DNA of 51,288 nt from an uncultured Bdellovibrionales bacterium (GCA_964436855.1 CAYTED010000009.1:1-51288), one strand, 5' to 3'; positions 1 to 9,513 are shown, counted from the first letter of the stretch. Made by a program: numbers and translations. Notes: generated from the letters alone by a model not told the origin.

Positions 1-2536
1 CATTACCGTAGAGGATGCCGTTACTTGTGAGAGTGGTTGCTCCGGTTCCTCCGTTGGCGACACCGATGGTAGAGCCATTCCACGTACCGCTCGTGATGGT
101 GCCGGTTGCGGTGATATCAGTGAGATTGCCTGTTGTGATGATAGTACCGGTAGCGTTGGGGATCGTAATCGTTCGATCGGCGGTTGGGTCCGTTACGGTG
201 AGAAGGGTTTCATTCGTATCAGCCGTTGCTCCTTCGAAGATGATGCCGGTTGTTCCGAAGATGGTATTACTTGCAGAGAGTGCCGGATCTCCTCCGATCG
301 TGGCGGTGTAGGCAAAAGACACGGTAGGAGTCCATCCTTCTCCGGCTGATCCGGTGATGGCGATACCGGTGCCTCCGGAGACATTGGCGACATAGTTCCC
401 GGTCGTATGGGTTCCGAGGATGATGAGATCCGTGAGTGAGGTTGCTCCGGTACCTCCGTTGGCGACAGAAAGCGTTCCCGCCGAAACAACACCACCGCTC
501 GCCGAGAGCGCACCGGAAAAACCCGTAAACGTAACACCGGAAAAAGTCGGACTCGATGTACTTGTCAAATGCTGTCCGGTATTGAATGCAAGCTGCGAAT
601 CACCGATCGAATCCGCTACAATCGCAAGCGATACCGCTGCGCTTTCCGAGCCCGATCCCGAAACGGAAATTTGCGAGTTTCCGGTAACTGTCGCAACATA
701 ATTGCCTACCGTATCTGTTCCGAGATTGACCGAATTCGCCCCGACCGCCGTAATACTCGAGAGATTTCCGGTTGTAATCACCGTTCCGCTCACATTCGGG
801 AAATTAATCGCGTTATCCGCAGTAGGGTCAATGACGCCAATGACAGTTTCAAACGTATCCGCCGTCAATCCTTCAAATTCGATGGTCGACGCGGAGACAT
901 CGAAATAAAACCCTTCGCCCACCACTGACCCGCCAAATGCGACATCATCGGTCGTATCCGTGAGATAGGTTACCGATCCGGTACTTGTCCAATCGCTTGT
1001 TCCTCCTGTTTTGTTCGAACACACCCATGTACTTGTTCCGGAATTCCACGCAAGCACTTGATCGTTCGAACACCCACCAAGCAAGCGAATGCCACCTGCC
1101 GTCGATTCGATACCGGAGTTTGACGATGTAGCGACCGTGGTTCCAGTCGTCGTCGCATCAATATCGAGTGTGATTGATCCGGAGCCATTCGTTACCGAAA
1201 TGCCATTCCCCGCCGTAATCGTCGCGAGCGAATATCCCGAGCCATTGCCAATCAAAAGTGATCCATTCGCTGCCGCCGATCCATCAAGTCCGGTTCCACC
1301 ACGTAATTCATCAAGGTACTGTTCCGAACCAAGCGACGCCACGCCACTCCAATACGTTGCGTACCCGGCCGTTCCTGTTCCTGCAAGTCCAGCTGAAAAA
1401 CTCGTACACTCCCAGACATTCGTCGCATCATTCCACGCAACTCCTTGACCATTCGCGCAACCCTGAAGAAGCGCCAGTTCGTTTGATCCCGCGCCGGCAA
1501 ATTCAAAACCGGAATTGCTCGAAGTCGATCCGGTACCATCGGCGGAATCAAGCAGATCGACCGCGATCGTCGGCGTCGCTCCTTCGCTTGATGCCGAACC
1601 ACTGATACCATTTCCGGCGGTAATCGTCGCGACATAATTTCCCACGGTATCGCTCCCGAGATTGATCAAATTCGTAAATGTTTGCGTTCCGGCAAAGGCG
1701 ATATTTCCCGTCATTGTCCCACCGGAAAGCGAGAGAAATGTCCCCGAACCACCAAGCGAAGAGAAGGTCAATCCGTCATTCGACAATTCCCACTGCGACG
1801 ACCCCGCGTTGTATCGCAATGCCGGTGCAGATGACGCACTCGAAACCGTCAGTGAAAAATTCTCTCCACCAAGACCCGTACCTGATCCGATGTTGAATGT
1901 CGTCTCGCTTGTTCCGGTATCGGTATTTTGTTGGTGAATGTCGTCAAATCGGGAATCATCTCCCGCCACAAGATCTCCGGATCCTTCACCGAATTTGAAA
2001 AATTTCTTCAAAAGTTTTCCACCCTTTCCAAGAAGCGGAATATTTCCTTCCGATTCCCCCGTCGTCGCGCCGTTCACATACCGCGCGTTGAGCGCAAACG
2101 GAACCGCGCCAATTCGTTTGCGCGGCACCATTTCCGAATCCTCGCCGATTCGAATACCGAGGTAGTAATCCTGTTCACTCGTATATAAACTCGTCGGAAA
2201 CGGTGTTGTTCCGCCAATAAACGCCCGAATAACTCCGTTTTCCACCTCGACTGTCTGCGTTTCTTCCCACACTCGACTTCCGGCATCCGCATTCGACGGA
2301 AAGGCGTCGGTTTCGTTCCGATCTGCAGTATAAAGCGCGAATCGGACCTCGTATGAGCCGCTTTTAATCGGCTTGTTCGATGAATCGTACAGCGAAAGCG
2401 CAACACTGATTTGGTTTGTGGATTGCCCAAACACGGGTCGAGGTATGCCCCACCACCCGAACATCATCCCGGCCGCTATCGCGACAATCAGGAAGGCAAA
2501 AAATTTTTTTCGGTTTTTATTTTCTACATATGCCAC
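1..2536 (-). CDS. Giant surface fibre/adhesin-like protein (>845 aa, 3' end beyond the window)
   Basis: Read by hand; absent from the ORF track because it has no stop in the window. GTG start at 2536 after an upstream in-frame TAA at 2582-2584. N-terminal TM/signal (KKFFAFLIVAIAAGMMFGWW), then YEVRFALY..VWEETQTVEVENG..LGIRIGEDSEMVPRKRIGAVPFALNA, then G/T/S/N-rich repeats (GNYVAT x3, FEGxTAD..DPTAD x2, VANGGTGAT x2). All long + strand shadow ORFs here share one frame, consistent with one antisense CDS. Confidence 0.9.
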   Translation of the reverse strand, partial: MAYVENKNRKKFFAFLIVAIAAGMMFGWWGIPRPVFGQSTNQISVALSLYDSSNKPIKSGSYEVRFALYTADRNETDAFPSNADAGSRVWEETQTVEVENGVIRAFIGGTTPFPTSLYTSEQDYYLGIRIGEDSEMVPRKRIGAVPFALNARYVNGATTGESEGNIPLLGKGGKLLKKFFKFGEGSGDLVAGDDSRFDDIHQQNTDTGTSETTFNIGSGTGLGGENFSLTVSSASSAPALRYNAGSSQWELSNDGLTFSSLGGSGTFLSLSGGTMTGNIAFAGTQTFTNLINLGSDTVGNYVATITAGNGISGSASSEGATPTIAVDLLDSADGTGSTSSNSGFEFAGAGSNELALLQGCANGQGVAWNDATNVWECTSFSAGLAGTGTAGYATYWSGVASLGSEQYLDELRGGTGLDGSAAANGSLLIGNGSGYSLATITAGNGISVTNGSGSITLDIDATTTGTTVATSSNSGIESTAGGIRLLGGCSNDQVLAWNSGTSTWVCSNKTGGTSDWTSTGSVTYLTDTTDDVAFGGSVVGEGFYFDVSASTIEFEGLTADTFETVIGVIDPTADNAINFPNVSGTVITTGNLSSITAVGANSVNLGTDTVGNYVATVTGNSQISVSGSGSESAAVSLAIVADSIGDSQLAFNTGQHLTSTSSPTFSGVTFTGFSGALSASGGVVSAGTLSVANGGTGATSLTDLIILGTHTTGNYVANVSGGTGIAITGSAGEGWTPTVSFAYTATIGGDPALSASNTIFGTTGIIFEGATADTNETLLTVTDPTADRTITIPNATGTIITTGNLTDITATGTITSGTWNGSTIGVANGGTGATTLTSNGILYGN

Positions 2537-2620
2537 ACGGTAGTTTTTACTCTCGATTTCACACCGGAAAATATTCTTGTATTATATCATACTTTTTTCG
2601 CTTTCTTCTCGAGTTTTCCG

Positions 2621-3319
2621 CTATTTTACCGCCCAAGAAAACACATCCTTCGCCGCGTTCGAAATCAAATCCACCAGCGAGACGTTTTTCGCGCCGGTAT
2701 ACACCGCATACGCATCGCTTTCCACTTCGTTTCCAAACCGGTCATACGCCTTGATCGTGTAGAGATAGGTGGTCGCCTGTTCGAGTCCGGAGATAATCGC
2801 TCCATGATTCGAGCTGTAGACTTCCTCGCTTACTTTTTTGTTGTTTTCAATGCGACTCTTCCCATAACGAACCTCGCCAAGCGTCGGTCGAGTCGTTTTC
2901 CATACCACGACAAGGCGGACATTCTTTCCACCTTTTTCCACCACGACTTCACTCCTGACGCCTTCGATTTTAAGATCATTCACATCGCGCGTATCGAGTA
3001 AAAAATCCGATTCGCCGCCGATTGCGATCTCGCCCGCGCGAAAGTTCTCGCTCGATGCCGAGGCGAGAAGCGCATTTGGCCGAACCTGCTCATCGGTTTC
3101 AGCAAGCACCTTTCCAACGGGTTCATCCGCTTGTCCGGTTACCGGAGCATCCGCTATGGGATGCGAAAAAAAACCGGAAAAAGAAAAACTCCGAGCGACT
3201 TGCACAGTCACGACTACGGCAAAAGAAACGAGAACGAAAAGAAGAGACAAAGAAAGAATTTTCGGAGCGTTTTTTTTGGGTTTTTGTGTTGATGATTCCA
3301 GTTGCAAAACGGAAGTCAT
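2621..3319 (-). CDS. Membrane-anchored fibronectin type III domain protein
   Basis: N-terminal TM; C-terminal WKTTRPTLGEVRYG...HGAIISGLEQATTYLYTIKAYD is a typical FN3 pattern. Confidence 0.75.
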   Translation of the reverse strand: MTSVLQLESSTQKPKKNAPKILSLSLLFVLVSFAVVVTVQVARSFSFSGFFSHPIADAPVTGQADEPVGKVLAETDEQVRPNALLASASSENFRAGEIAIGGESDFLLDTRDVNDLKIEGVRSEVVVEKGGKNVRLVVVWKTTRPTLGEVRYGKSRIENNKKVSEEVYSSNHGAIISGLEQATTYLYTIKAYDRFGNEVESDAYAVYTGAKNVSLVDLISNAAKDVFSWAVK

Positions 3320-3413
3320 AAAAACATCACTTTTTCAGCTTTTTTATCGGAAAAACATCCCCTTGATTCTAACACAAAAAAAAGAAAAAATCGACAAGTT
3401 TTCAAGAGAAAAG

Positions 3414-3422
3414 TTATCCACA
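3414..3422 (+). promoter_or_regulatory. Single consensus DnaA box (TTATCCACA) in a divergent intergenic region
   Basis: Exact 9-mer match; only one copy seen, so function is uncertain. Confidence 0.3.
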
Positions 3423-3533
3423 ATTTTGATGAAAAAAATTGCCTTTTTTAAGCCATTTTCATATACTGCGACCAGAGAGAATTCAGCATCGTGAATTTCT
3501 TTCAAAAAAAATCATAAGAAATACCTGAAATCT

Positions 3534-4628
3534 ATGCAGAAAAAAAATTGTTTTATCGTGATTTTGGCTGGCGGCACCGGCACGCGGCTCTGGCCCCTTT
3601 CGCGAAAGAAAAAACCGAAACAATTTCACACATTCGTTTCCGAAAAAACACTCATCCAAGAAACCTTCGACCGCGCGAGACTTGTCGTTCCCGAAAATCA
3701 CATCTTCGTCTCAACCGGCGAATCGCATATCCCGTTTGTCAAAGCGCAACTCCCATCTCTTCCGGAAGAAAATTTACTCATCGAGCCGGTCGGAAAAAAC
3801 ACCGCCCCGGCGATCGCTTTTATTGCGGCAATCTTTGCGCATCGTTTTCCCGGCGTCTCTGTTGCCACCATTGCCTCCGATCACGCGATCGAAAATACGG
3901 AGGAATTTTCCCGCTCACTTGATGCGGCGTTTTCGGCTCTTACAAGCCATTTCGAAGCACTCGTCACCATCGGTGTGAACCCGACGCGTCCCGACACGAA
4001 TTATGGCTATATTAAGATGGGAAATGAGATTGAGTCGAAAATCGCCGACACTCGACTATTTGAAATCGAACACTTCAAAGAAAAGCCCGACCAAAAAACC
4101 GCCGAAGAATACCTCGCGCACTTTGAGTATCTCTGGAATGCCGGATACTTTGTTTTTAAACCCGAATCCCTTCTCGCTTTACTCGGAAAATACGCCCCAC
4201 ATCTTTTCTCATTTGCAAACGATATCACCAAACTTTTGAAAAAAAATGTATCCGATCCGAAAGCATATCTCCCCCTCTTCGAGACACTCTCGCCGGAACC
4301 GATCGACACCGTTCTCGCCGAAAAACTCCCAAAAGAAAAACGTCTTGTTGTCCCAAGCGCATTGAAGTGGAGTGATGTCGGCGGCTGGCACACGCTCTAT
4401 GAATTTCTCTCCGAAAAGCACGGGGAAAGCGAGGTTATTCGCGGTGAACGGATCGATCTTGAAAGTAAAAATTGCCTCGTCTACGGCAATAAACGGCTTA
4501 TCGTTACTGCCGGGCTGAAGGATATCGTGATTGTTGACACGAATGACGCGCTCCTCATCGCCGACCGCGACATTCTTTCGCGCGATATGAAAAAACTCCT
4601 CGAAAAACTCCCAAACGAGAAAAGATAA
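3534..4628 (+). CDS. manC: Mannose-1-phosphate guanylyltransferase (monofunctional)
   Basis: ILAGGTGTRLWPLSRKKKPKQF, EPVGKNTAPAI, FKEKP, WNAGYF, WSDVGGW; no PMI domain. Confidence 0.93.
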   Translation: MQKKNCFIVILAGGTGTRLWPLSRKKKPKQFHTFVSEKTLIQETFDRARLVVPENHIFVSTGESHIPFVKAQLPSLPEENLLIEPVGKNTAPAIAFIAAIFAHRFPGVSVATIASDHAIENTEEFSRSLDAAFSALTSHFEALVTIGVNPTRPDTNYGYIKMGNEIESKIADTRLFEIEHFKEKPDQKTAEEYLAHFEYLWNAGYFVFKPESLLALLGKYAPHLFSFANDITKLLKKNVSDPKAYLPLFETLSPEPIDTVLAEKLPKEKRLVVPSALKWSDVGGWHTLYEFLSEKHGESEVIRGERIDLESKNCLVYGNKRLIVTAGLKDIVIVDTNDALLIADRDILSRDMKKLLEKLPNEKR

Positions 4629-4662
4629 CCATCAAAATCTCACGGTTGATTCAAAAAAATAC

Positions 4663-4698
4663 AAAAACAATCAAGATCAGATCTTGATTGTTTTTTTT
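4663..4698. terminator. Bidirectional intrinsic terminator between convergent genes
   Basis: 15-bp perfect inverted repeat AAAAACAATCAAGAT-cag-ATCTTGATTGTTTTT with A and T tails. Confidence 0.8.
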
Positions 4699-4723
4699 GG
4701 TAAAATGTAAGAGTATCCTTTCT

Positions 4724-5542
4724 TTACTCAAGCGTCTTCGACCAGGTACCATTTCTCGAATAATAGATATCTCCCGTCCCGGTACCTTCCTGATATTCGC
4801 AATATCCCAGTATGCCCGATTTGTCGCCGACACAGCGGAACTCCGGATATTTTACGATTCCCGAAGGACACCCGTATCCTACCGGGTACGACTGTAACGT
4901 TTCGGTCAAGACACTCGAGTTGCTCGTTGAAAAACTATACGGAAACCGGGTCATTTCGCAGGGAGTCATCCGATCCACGATCACCTGAAACGATCCCGAT
5001 GGTGTGAAGCTTGACGGGCATCGTATGGTAACATTATCCGATGTTCCACCCCATACCGTTTTCACATTGAACGATCCGTTACCACAAACGTCTTTCAAAA
5101 TATCGATGGCATTCCTTCCGAATTCCGGTGGTGGCGTACTTGCGCCTATTTTCGACAATACCCAATCCTTTGTGACGACGGTGTTTCCGGGATCAGTATC
5201 GACGGTCGAGTCGGATACGATTTTCCCTGAGACATCTAACTTGGCGTTCGGAGTTGTCGTGCCGATCCCGACATTTCCGTATCGAACGCTCAATCCAACC
5301 CCATTCGCGGTATCGATGATACTGTCGCCGTTCGTATCCCATCCGTAATTTAAAAGAACACCCCCGTCTTTTATTTGATAATTCTTATCCGCCGTGATCG
5401 GCGCCACGACATTACCTCCCGGTGGAGAAATGGTCGGATTTGTCCACGCTCTCACTTCGCGGATACCAAAGCCGACCAAGAGACCAAGGGCGACGACGGA
5501 GAGCCAATACGTCGATTGCTTCGAGAGAGATGCCGTTTGCAT
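4724..5542 (-). CDS. Secreted/surface protein with N-terminal AWTxPxxxPP motif (paralog of 9852..10682)
   Basis: Hydrophobic leader ending VRA/WTNPTISPPGGNVVAPI; GNVGIGTTTPNAKLDVSG repeat motif; Cys-rich C-terminus. Confidence 0.8.
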   Translation of the reverse strand: MQTASLSKQSTYWLSVVALGLLVGFGIREVRAWTNPTISPPGGNVVAPITADKNYQIKDGGVLLNYGWDTNGDSIIDTANGVGLSVRYGNVGIGTTTPNAKLDVSGKIVSDSTVDTDPGNTVVTKDWVLSKIGASTPPPEFGRNAIDILKDVCGNGSFNVKTVWGGTSDNVTIRCPSSFTPSGSFQVIVDRMTPCEMTRFPYSFSTSNSSVLTETLQSYPVGYGCPSGIVKYPEFRCVGDKSGILGYCEYQEGTGTGDIYYSRNGTWSKTLE

Positions 5543-5573
5543 ACAGTTACAACTTACGAATAAATATTATGAA

Positions 5574-5948
5574 TTATCGAATACGCTGGGTATTTTCCTG
5601 CATTTCTTGAAGAGTGTTTTGCTTGGAACCGCCATTCCCTCCCTCCTCTTTCGGAACCTGTGTCGTCGACTTCGATTTCTCTTCCGGCGGCTTCGGAGCA
5701 CTCAAATCGGAAACCTTGGACGCCGATTCGACGGAAATCGTTTCCTGCGAGAGTTGCTGTTGAGTTTCCGCTCGCGTGGCAATGGTATCTTCCTGCCCGG
5801 GCATCTTCTTTGTTTCTTGCGATGTTGTTCGCTCTCGCTTGAGCGAAAGCGCGACGATGACTATCGCGACGACCAAAATAAGAAGGAGAATAGCGAGGAG
5901 CCATTTCAGTTGCGGACGATCCAATGCCTGTGATTCTTTGACGAACAT
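5574..5948 (-). CDS. Small single-TM hypothetical protein
   Basis: One strong TM (WLLAILLLILVVAIVIVAL) followed by a polar low-complexity tail; collinear with neighbours. Confidence 0.7.
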   Translation of the reverse strand: MFVKESQALDRPQLKWLLAILLLILVVAIVIVALSLKRERTTSQETKKMPGQEDTIATRAETQQQLSQETISVESASKVSDLSAPKPPEEKSKSTTQVPKEEGGNGGSKQNTLQEMQENTQRIR

Positions 5949-6014
5949 ACTGTATGTAGCATAAGAGAGTTACACGACGAATATCAATACGCAGGGGGCA
6001 CGAAAGGAATTGGG

Positions 6015-7127
6015 TTACGGCGCGACTTCTTTCCAGTTATAGTCGCAATTTCTTGTCCCCGGGCAGGAAAGTCCGGTAGAAGCGCCACAGTTATCATCGT
6101 AGGTCCGCGCTTCGGAAGAACAGTAGGTATTGGTATCCGTCGCATAGAAACTACAGGATCGCGGGATACAGGAAACCACGGCCATCGCTTCGGATGTTTT
6201 TCCGTTATAAGTCGCCGTAATTTTTTCGCTTTTTGACGGGGTTCCGGTAAACGATGGTGCCGATACGGTTGTTGGGTTTGTCAAGGTGCTCGAAAGATTG
6301 ATTGCATTTGACGGATTATTGGTTTCCACCCACAAAACACTCGGCGCATTCGGATCGGTCGAACAGTTTCCGGTACCGTATTTTGCGGAAAGCGCGGTCG
6401 AAGCGCCGGCAAGCAGTGGGATGTCCGCTGTTCCTATTTTCCGTTCAAATGATCCTTCGCAAATCTTCAGGGTACCATCATATCCCGCCATACTCATTTC
6501 AAGATACCCAAGGTCGCCCGACCACGCAAAGGTACAGTTCGGATCGGTATTGCAATCCGGAAAAGTCGTCCGCCGGACTAATTTCGTAATCTCCGGGCCG
6601 TAGGCCGGTGCCACTGGAAGACCTGGGTTCTTACTTGAAAAGCTGATCCAGCCATCGTATCCGCCAGCATTATTTCCGGCTTGCGCCACAGAAACAATTC
6701 TCGCCCACCCGCGAAATTCGTTTCCGAGACGGCTCACTCCGCCCGCATCTCCGCTCGGACTTGTGCAATTTTGCGGTGCGACCACATATGTCGCGCAATG
6801 CAGATCCGGGCGATAATCGATCCAGCCATAATGCTCGCTCCAGACATATCCGGTACCAGTTACGAGACCATCGATTGCGGGTATGCTGATACCATATGTC
6901 GCGATAGACCCCGAACCGCATGATGGGTTGTCAATCGTATTATCCCCATTGGTATCGCAATCAAGATTATTCATACTGACCCACCCGATACCCTGATAGG
7001 AGTTATCAGTCGATGGTGTGCCACCCCATGACCAACCGACGATATTATCCGAAAGTCCAGCGTGCGCGGCGGACGGAGCACAAAATACAACCGCCACAAA
7101 CGCAAAAGAGAGAAGTATGCGTTTCAT
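6015..7127 (-). CDS. Secreted Cys-rich protein with GW/AWS...GWIS repeats (Parcubacteria-type surface protein)
   Basis: Signal peptide ending AHA; repeats GWSWGG..IGWVSM, GYVWSEHYGWID, GWARI..GWISF, AWSGDLGYL; paired cysteines. Confidence 0.8.
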   Translation of the reverse strand: MKRILLSFAFVAVVFCAPSAAHAGLSDNIVGWSWGGTPSTDNSYQGIGWVSMNNLDCDTNGDNTIDNPSCGSGSIATYGISIPAIDGLVTGTGYVWSEHYGWIDYRPDLHCATYVVAPQNCTSPSGDAGGVSRLGNEFRGWARIVSVAQAGNNAGGYDGWISFSSKNPGLPVAPAYGPEITKLVRRTTFPDCNTDPNCTFAWSGDLGYLEMSMAGYDGTLKICEGSFERKIGTADIPLLAGASTALSAKYGTGNCSTDPNAPSVLWVETNNPSNAINLSSTLTNPTTVSAPSFTGTPSKSEKITATYNGKTSEAMAVVSCIPRSCSFYATDTNTYCSSEARTYDDNCGASTGLSCPGTRNCDYNWKEVAP

Positions 7128-7141
7128 ATTTTTTCTTTTTA

Positions 7142-8095
7142 TTACAAACGACCGAGGAATTGTTCGAGTTCCTCTTTCGAATAAAATTCTATCACAACTC
7201 GCCCCCCCTTGCCAACGGGAACGATTTTCACCTTCGTCTTCAGTCGCTCCGCGAGCTCGTTTTCCTTTGCCGTTATTTCCGGATCCAAATTGTGCGATCG
7301 CCTCGTATGCGGTTTGACCGAAATTTCTCGCACTTTCGCCTCGGTTTCACGCACCGTCATACCGCCGGACACAATCATCTCAAAAAGCGCGCGTTGTTTT
7401 TCGGAATTTTCGATCGAAAGAAGCGCCTTCGCATGCCCCTCGGAAATCCGCCCCTCGATAATCGCGCGTTGGATTTCGATCGGGAGTGTGAGAAGCCGCA
7501 AGGCATTTGCAACCGCGCTCCGACTCTTTCCCATTTTTTTTGCAATTTCGTCCTGATGCAGACGAAACTCTTCAGCAAGCCGCAAATACGCCTTTGCTTC
7601 TTCGATCGGATTCAGATCGTGCCGCTGCACGTTTTCAATAATTGCAAGTTCGAGTTTTTCTTGCTCGTCCGCCTTCCGCACAATAGCCGGAATGGTTTTT
7701 AATTCAGCGCGCTTCGACGCCTGAAACCGCCGTTCCCCGGCAATAAGCTCGTATTGTCCGCCTGAAAGTTCCGTCACAACAATCGGCTGCAAAACACCAT
7801 GTTCACGAATCGATTCCGTGAGTTCCGCAAGTTTCGACTCATCGAATTTGAACCGTGGTTGATGTGGATTCGGAACAATCGAGTCGATCGGAATTTCAAG
7901 CGGCGTTCCCCTGCCCGCGCTTGTCATGGAACTCTCTTCCGTGTGAGGAAAAGCTTCCTCTTGTGGAAACGAAACAGCCGTTCCGGATGATTTTTTTTCC
8001 GGATACGAAAAGGGAGACCCTTTTGGGGTGGTATCATCTTTCCTTGGCGGAATAAGCGACGCGAGTCCGCGTCCGAGACCGTATTGAGCAGTCAT
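7142..8095 (-). CDS. parB: Chromosome partitioning protein ParB/Spo0J
   Basis: GLGRGLASLI, NPHQPR, GVLQPIVV, LIAGERRFQAS, ENVQRHDLNPIEEA, HTH. Confidence 0.96.
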   Translation of the reverse strand: MTAQYGLGRGLASLIPPRKDDTTPKGSPFSYPEKKSSGTAVSFPQEEAFPHTEESSMTSAGRGTPLEIPIDSIVPNPHQPRFKFDESKLAELTESIREHGVLQPIVVTELSGGQYELIAGERRFQASKRAELKTIPAIVRKADEQEKLELAIIENVQRHDLNPIEEAKAYLRLAEEFRLHQDEIAKKMGKSRSAVANALRLLTLPIEIQRAIIEGRISEGHAKALLSIENSEKQRALFEMIVSGGMTVRETEAKVREISVKPHTRRSHNLDPEITAKENELAERLKTKVKIVPVGKGGRVVIEFYSKEELEQFLGRL

Positions 8096-8097
8096 AA

Positions 8098-8132
8098 GAG
8101 AATAGAGAATAACGAATCACGAATCAAGAATA
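8098..8132. repeat. Period-7 tandem array (right arm of the four-helix-bundle cassette)
   Basis: gagaata gagaata acgaatc acgaatc aagaata. Confidence 0.75.
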
Positions 8133-8508
8133 CGTTTTTGACTTTTTAATCAAGCCACTTATGATCTTGTGCGTCAAAACATTTTGATCAGCGAGTTTCT
8201 GAAACTTTTCTTTTGTTAAAAATCCGACATCTCTTGCAATAAGCAATTGATTCTGGAGTTCCGTTAAAAATCTGTGCGCCATACTATAAAACTACACCTT
8301 CTCTTTGTAAGACTGTCTACTGAAACCTCCAGCAATATTCGAAGTTACCGAAACAGCACATCTTCTCATCTGATTTTGTAAGAGCGAAGATCTCTTTTTG
8401 TGGAAATAATTCAGTTTCTCTATACATCAGAATAACAAGTTTATGCCCTTCTTTCCATGCATCAAGATCAGTAAAAGATTGTATTGTTTTTTTCTTTTCT
8501 TGATTCAT
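8124..8508 (-). pseudogene. Four-helix-bundle protein (23S rRNA IVP / bAvd-like family), disrupted
   Basis: SFTDLDAWKEGHKL..FPQKEIFALT, then an extra A (acaaaatcag) shifts frame. The shifted frame reads NQMRRCAVSVTSNIAGGFSRQSYKEKV*FYSMA..TELQNQLLIARDVGFL..GLIKK, with an in-frame TAG at about 8292. Confidence 0.85.
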
Positions 8509-8570
8509 AATTCCTGATTCCCCATTCTTGATTCTTTATTCCTCATTCCTGATTCTTCATTCCTGATTCA
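8497..8570. repeat. Period-7 tandem array (10 units TTCnnnA)
   Basis: ttcttga ttcataa ttcctga ttcccca ttcttga ttcttta ttcctca ttcctga ttcttca ttcctga; overlaps the parA stop and the start of the bundle gene. Confidence 0.9.
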
Positions 8571-9334
8571 TCTCGCTCCCTTTCGACAATTTCCCGTGCT
8601 GCTTGTTTGTAGGCACGGGCACCCTTGGAAAACGCATCGAAATCGAGAATAGACTTTCCGAAACTCGGCGCTTCAGCAAGCCTGACCGATCGTGGCACGA
8701 CCGCTTCAAAAACCGGCCCCGGAAAATGCGACCGCACCTCGTTTACCACCTGTCGCGCCAAACGATTGCGACGATCAAAAAGGGTGCAAAGCGCTCCCAT
8801 AATTTTCAAATTCGGCTGCAAATGCTCACGCACGAGCTCTATCGTTCCAAGTAACTGCGAGAGCCCTTCGAGCGCATAGTATTCCGTCTGCACGGGAATC
8901 ACGACTTCGTCACTCGCAACAAGTCCATTCACCGTGAGAAGTCCGAGCGATGGCGGACTGTCGATCAAAATATAGTCATAATATGATCGAAGCTGTCGCA
9001 ATACATGATAGAGACGAAATTCCCGTCCCTCAAGATGCACCATTTCAATCTCCGCACCCGCAAGATCTTGCGCCGCGGGAATAAGATGAAGGTTTTCCGC
9101 CGGTGTCGAAACGACCAATTCCTTCGGATTAAGCCCAAGCACCATCGCGTGATAGAGATTTTTCTCGCGACTCCGCGCGTCCACTCCGAGTCCCGACGAG
9201 GCATTCCCCTGCGGATCAAGGTCCACAAGAAGTACTTTTTTTCCAAAATCCGCCAAGTACCGACCGATATTAATGGTGGTCGTCGTTTTCCCAACGCCAC
9301 CTTTTTGATTTACGAATGCGATGATTTTCGCCAT
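8543..9334 (-). CDS. parA: Chromosome partitioning ATPase ParA/Soj
   Basis: NQKGGVGKTTT deviant Walker A, DLDPQGNAS, IDSPPSLG, PVQTEYYALEGL, EAPSFG. Confidence 0.96.
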   Translation of the reverse strand: MAKIIAFVNQKGGVGKTTTTINIGRYLADFGKKVLLVDLDPQGNASSGLGVDARSREKNLYHAMVLGLNPKELVVSTPAENLHLIPAAQDLAGAEIEMVHLEGREFRLYHVLRQLRSYYDYILIDSPPSLGLLTVNGLVASDEVVIPVQTEYYALEGLSQLLGTIELVREHLQPNLKIMGALCTLFDRRNRLARQVVNEVRSHFPGPVFEAVVPRSVRLAEAPSFGKSILDFDAFSKGARAYKQAAREIVERERDESGMKNQE

Positions 9335-9342
9335 AATTTGCA

Positions 9343-9438
9343 GAAGAATAAAGAATCAGGAATCAAGAATTATGAATAAAACAAAAGATCCCCTTGAGAG
9401 CATTTCTTGATTCACTATTCTTGATTCTTAATTCCTCT
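9343..9438. repeat. Inverted pair of period-7 arrays (empty element) upstream of parA
   Basis: gaagaat aaagaat caggaat caagaat tatgaat ... ttcttga ttcacta ttcttga ttcttaa ttcctct. Confidence 0.85.
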
Positions 9439-9440
9439 CC

Positions 9441-9480
9441 ATTATAGGCGATTGACACGCCTTCGCCAATTTTCTATCCT
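9441..9480. promoter_or_regulatory. Overlapping divergent sigma70-type promoters (parA on -, tRNA-Leu on +)
   Basis: + strand TTGACA(9452-9457)-17 nt-TATCCT(9475-9480); - strand TTGGCG(9469-9464)-17 nt-TATAAT(9446-9441). Confidence 0.55.
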
Positions 9481-9513
9481 GATTCTGTGCTTGTGGCTTG
9501 AAGAAAGGAAAAA

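Noticed and set aside
15-2430. Many + strand ORFs rich in V/P/A (15..311, 420..701, 1089..1448 etc.)
   Set aside because: Antisense shadows of the G/T/N-rich fibre gene.
1-2536. Prophage
   Set aside because: The tail-fibre-like motifs come with a signal/TM leader, and there are no capsid, terminase, portal or integrase genes nearby.
3320-3533. Replication origin near parAB
   Set aside because: Only one DnaA box; no box cluster, dnaA gene or parS palindrome found in the window.
8124-8508. Diversity-generating retroelement, suggested by the Avd-like four-helix bundle
   Set aside because: No reverse transcriptase and no TR/VR pair with A-specific mismatches in the window; the gene itself is broken.
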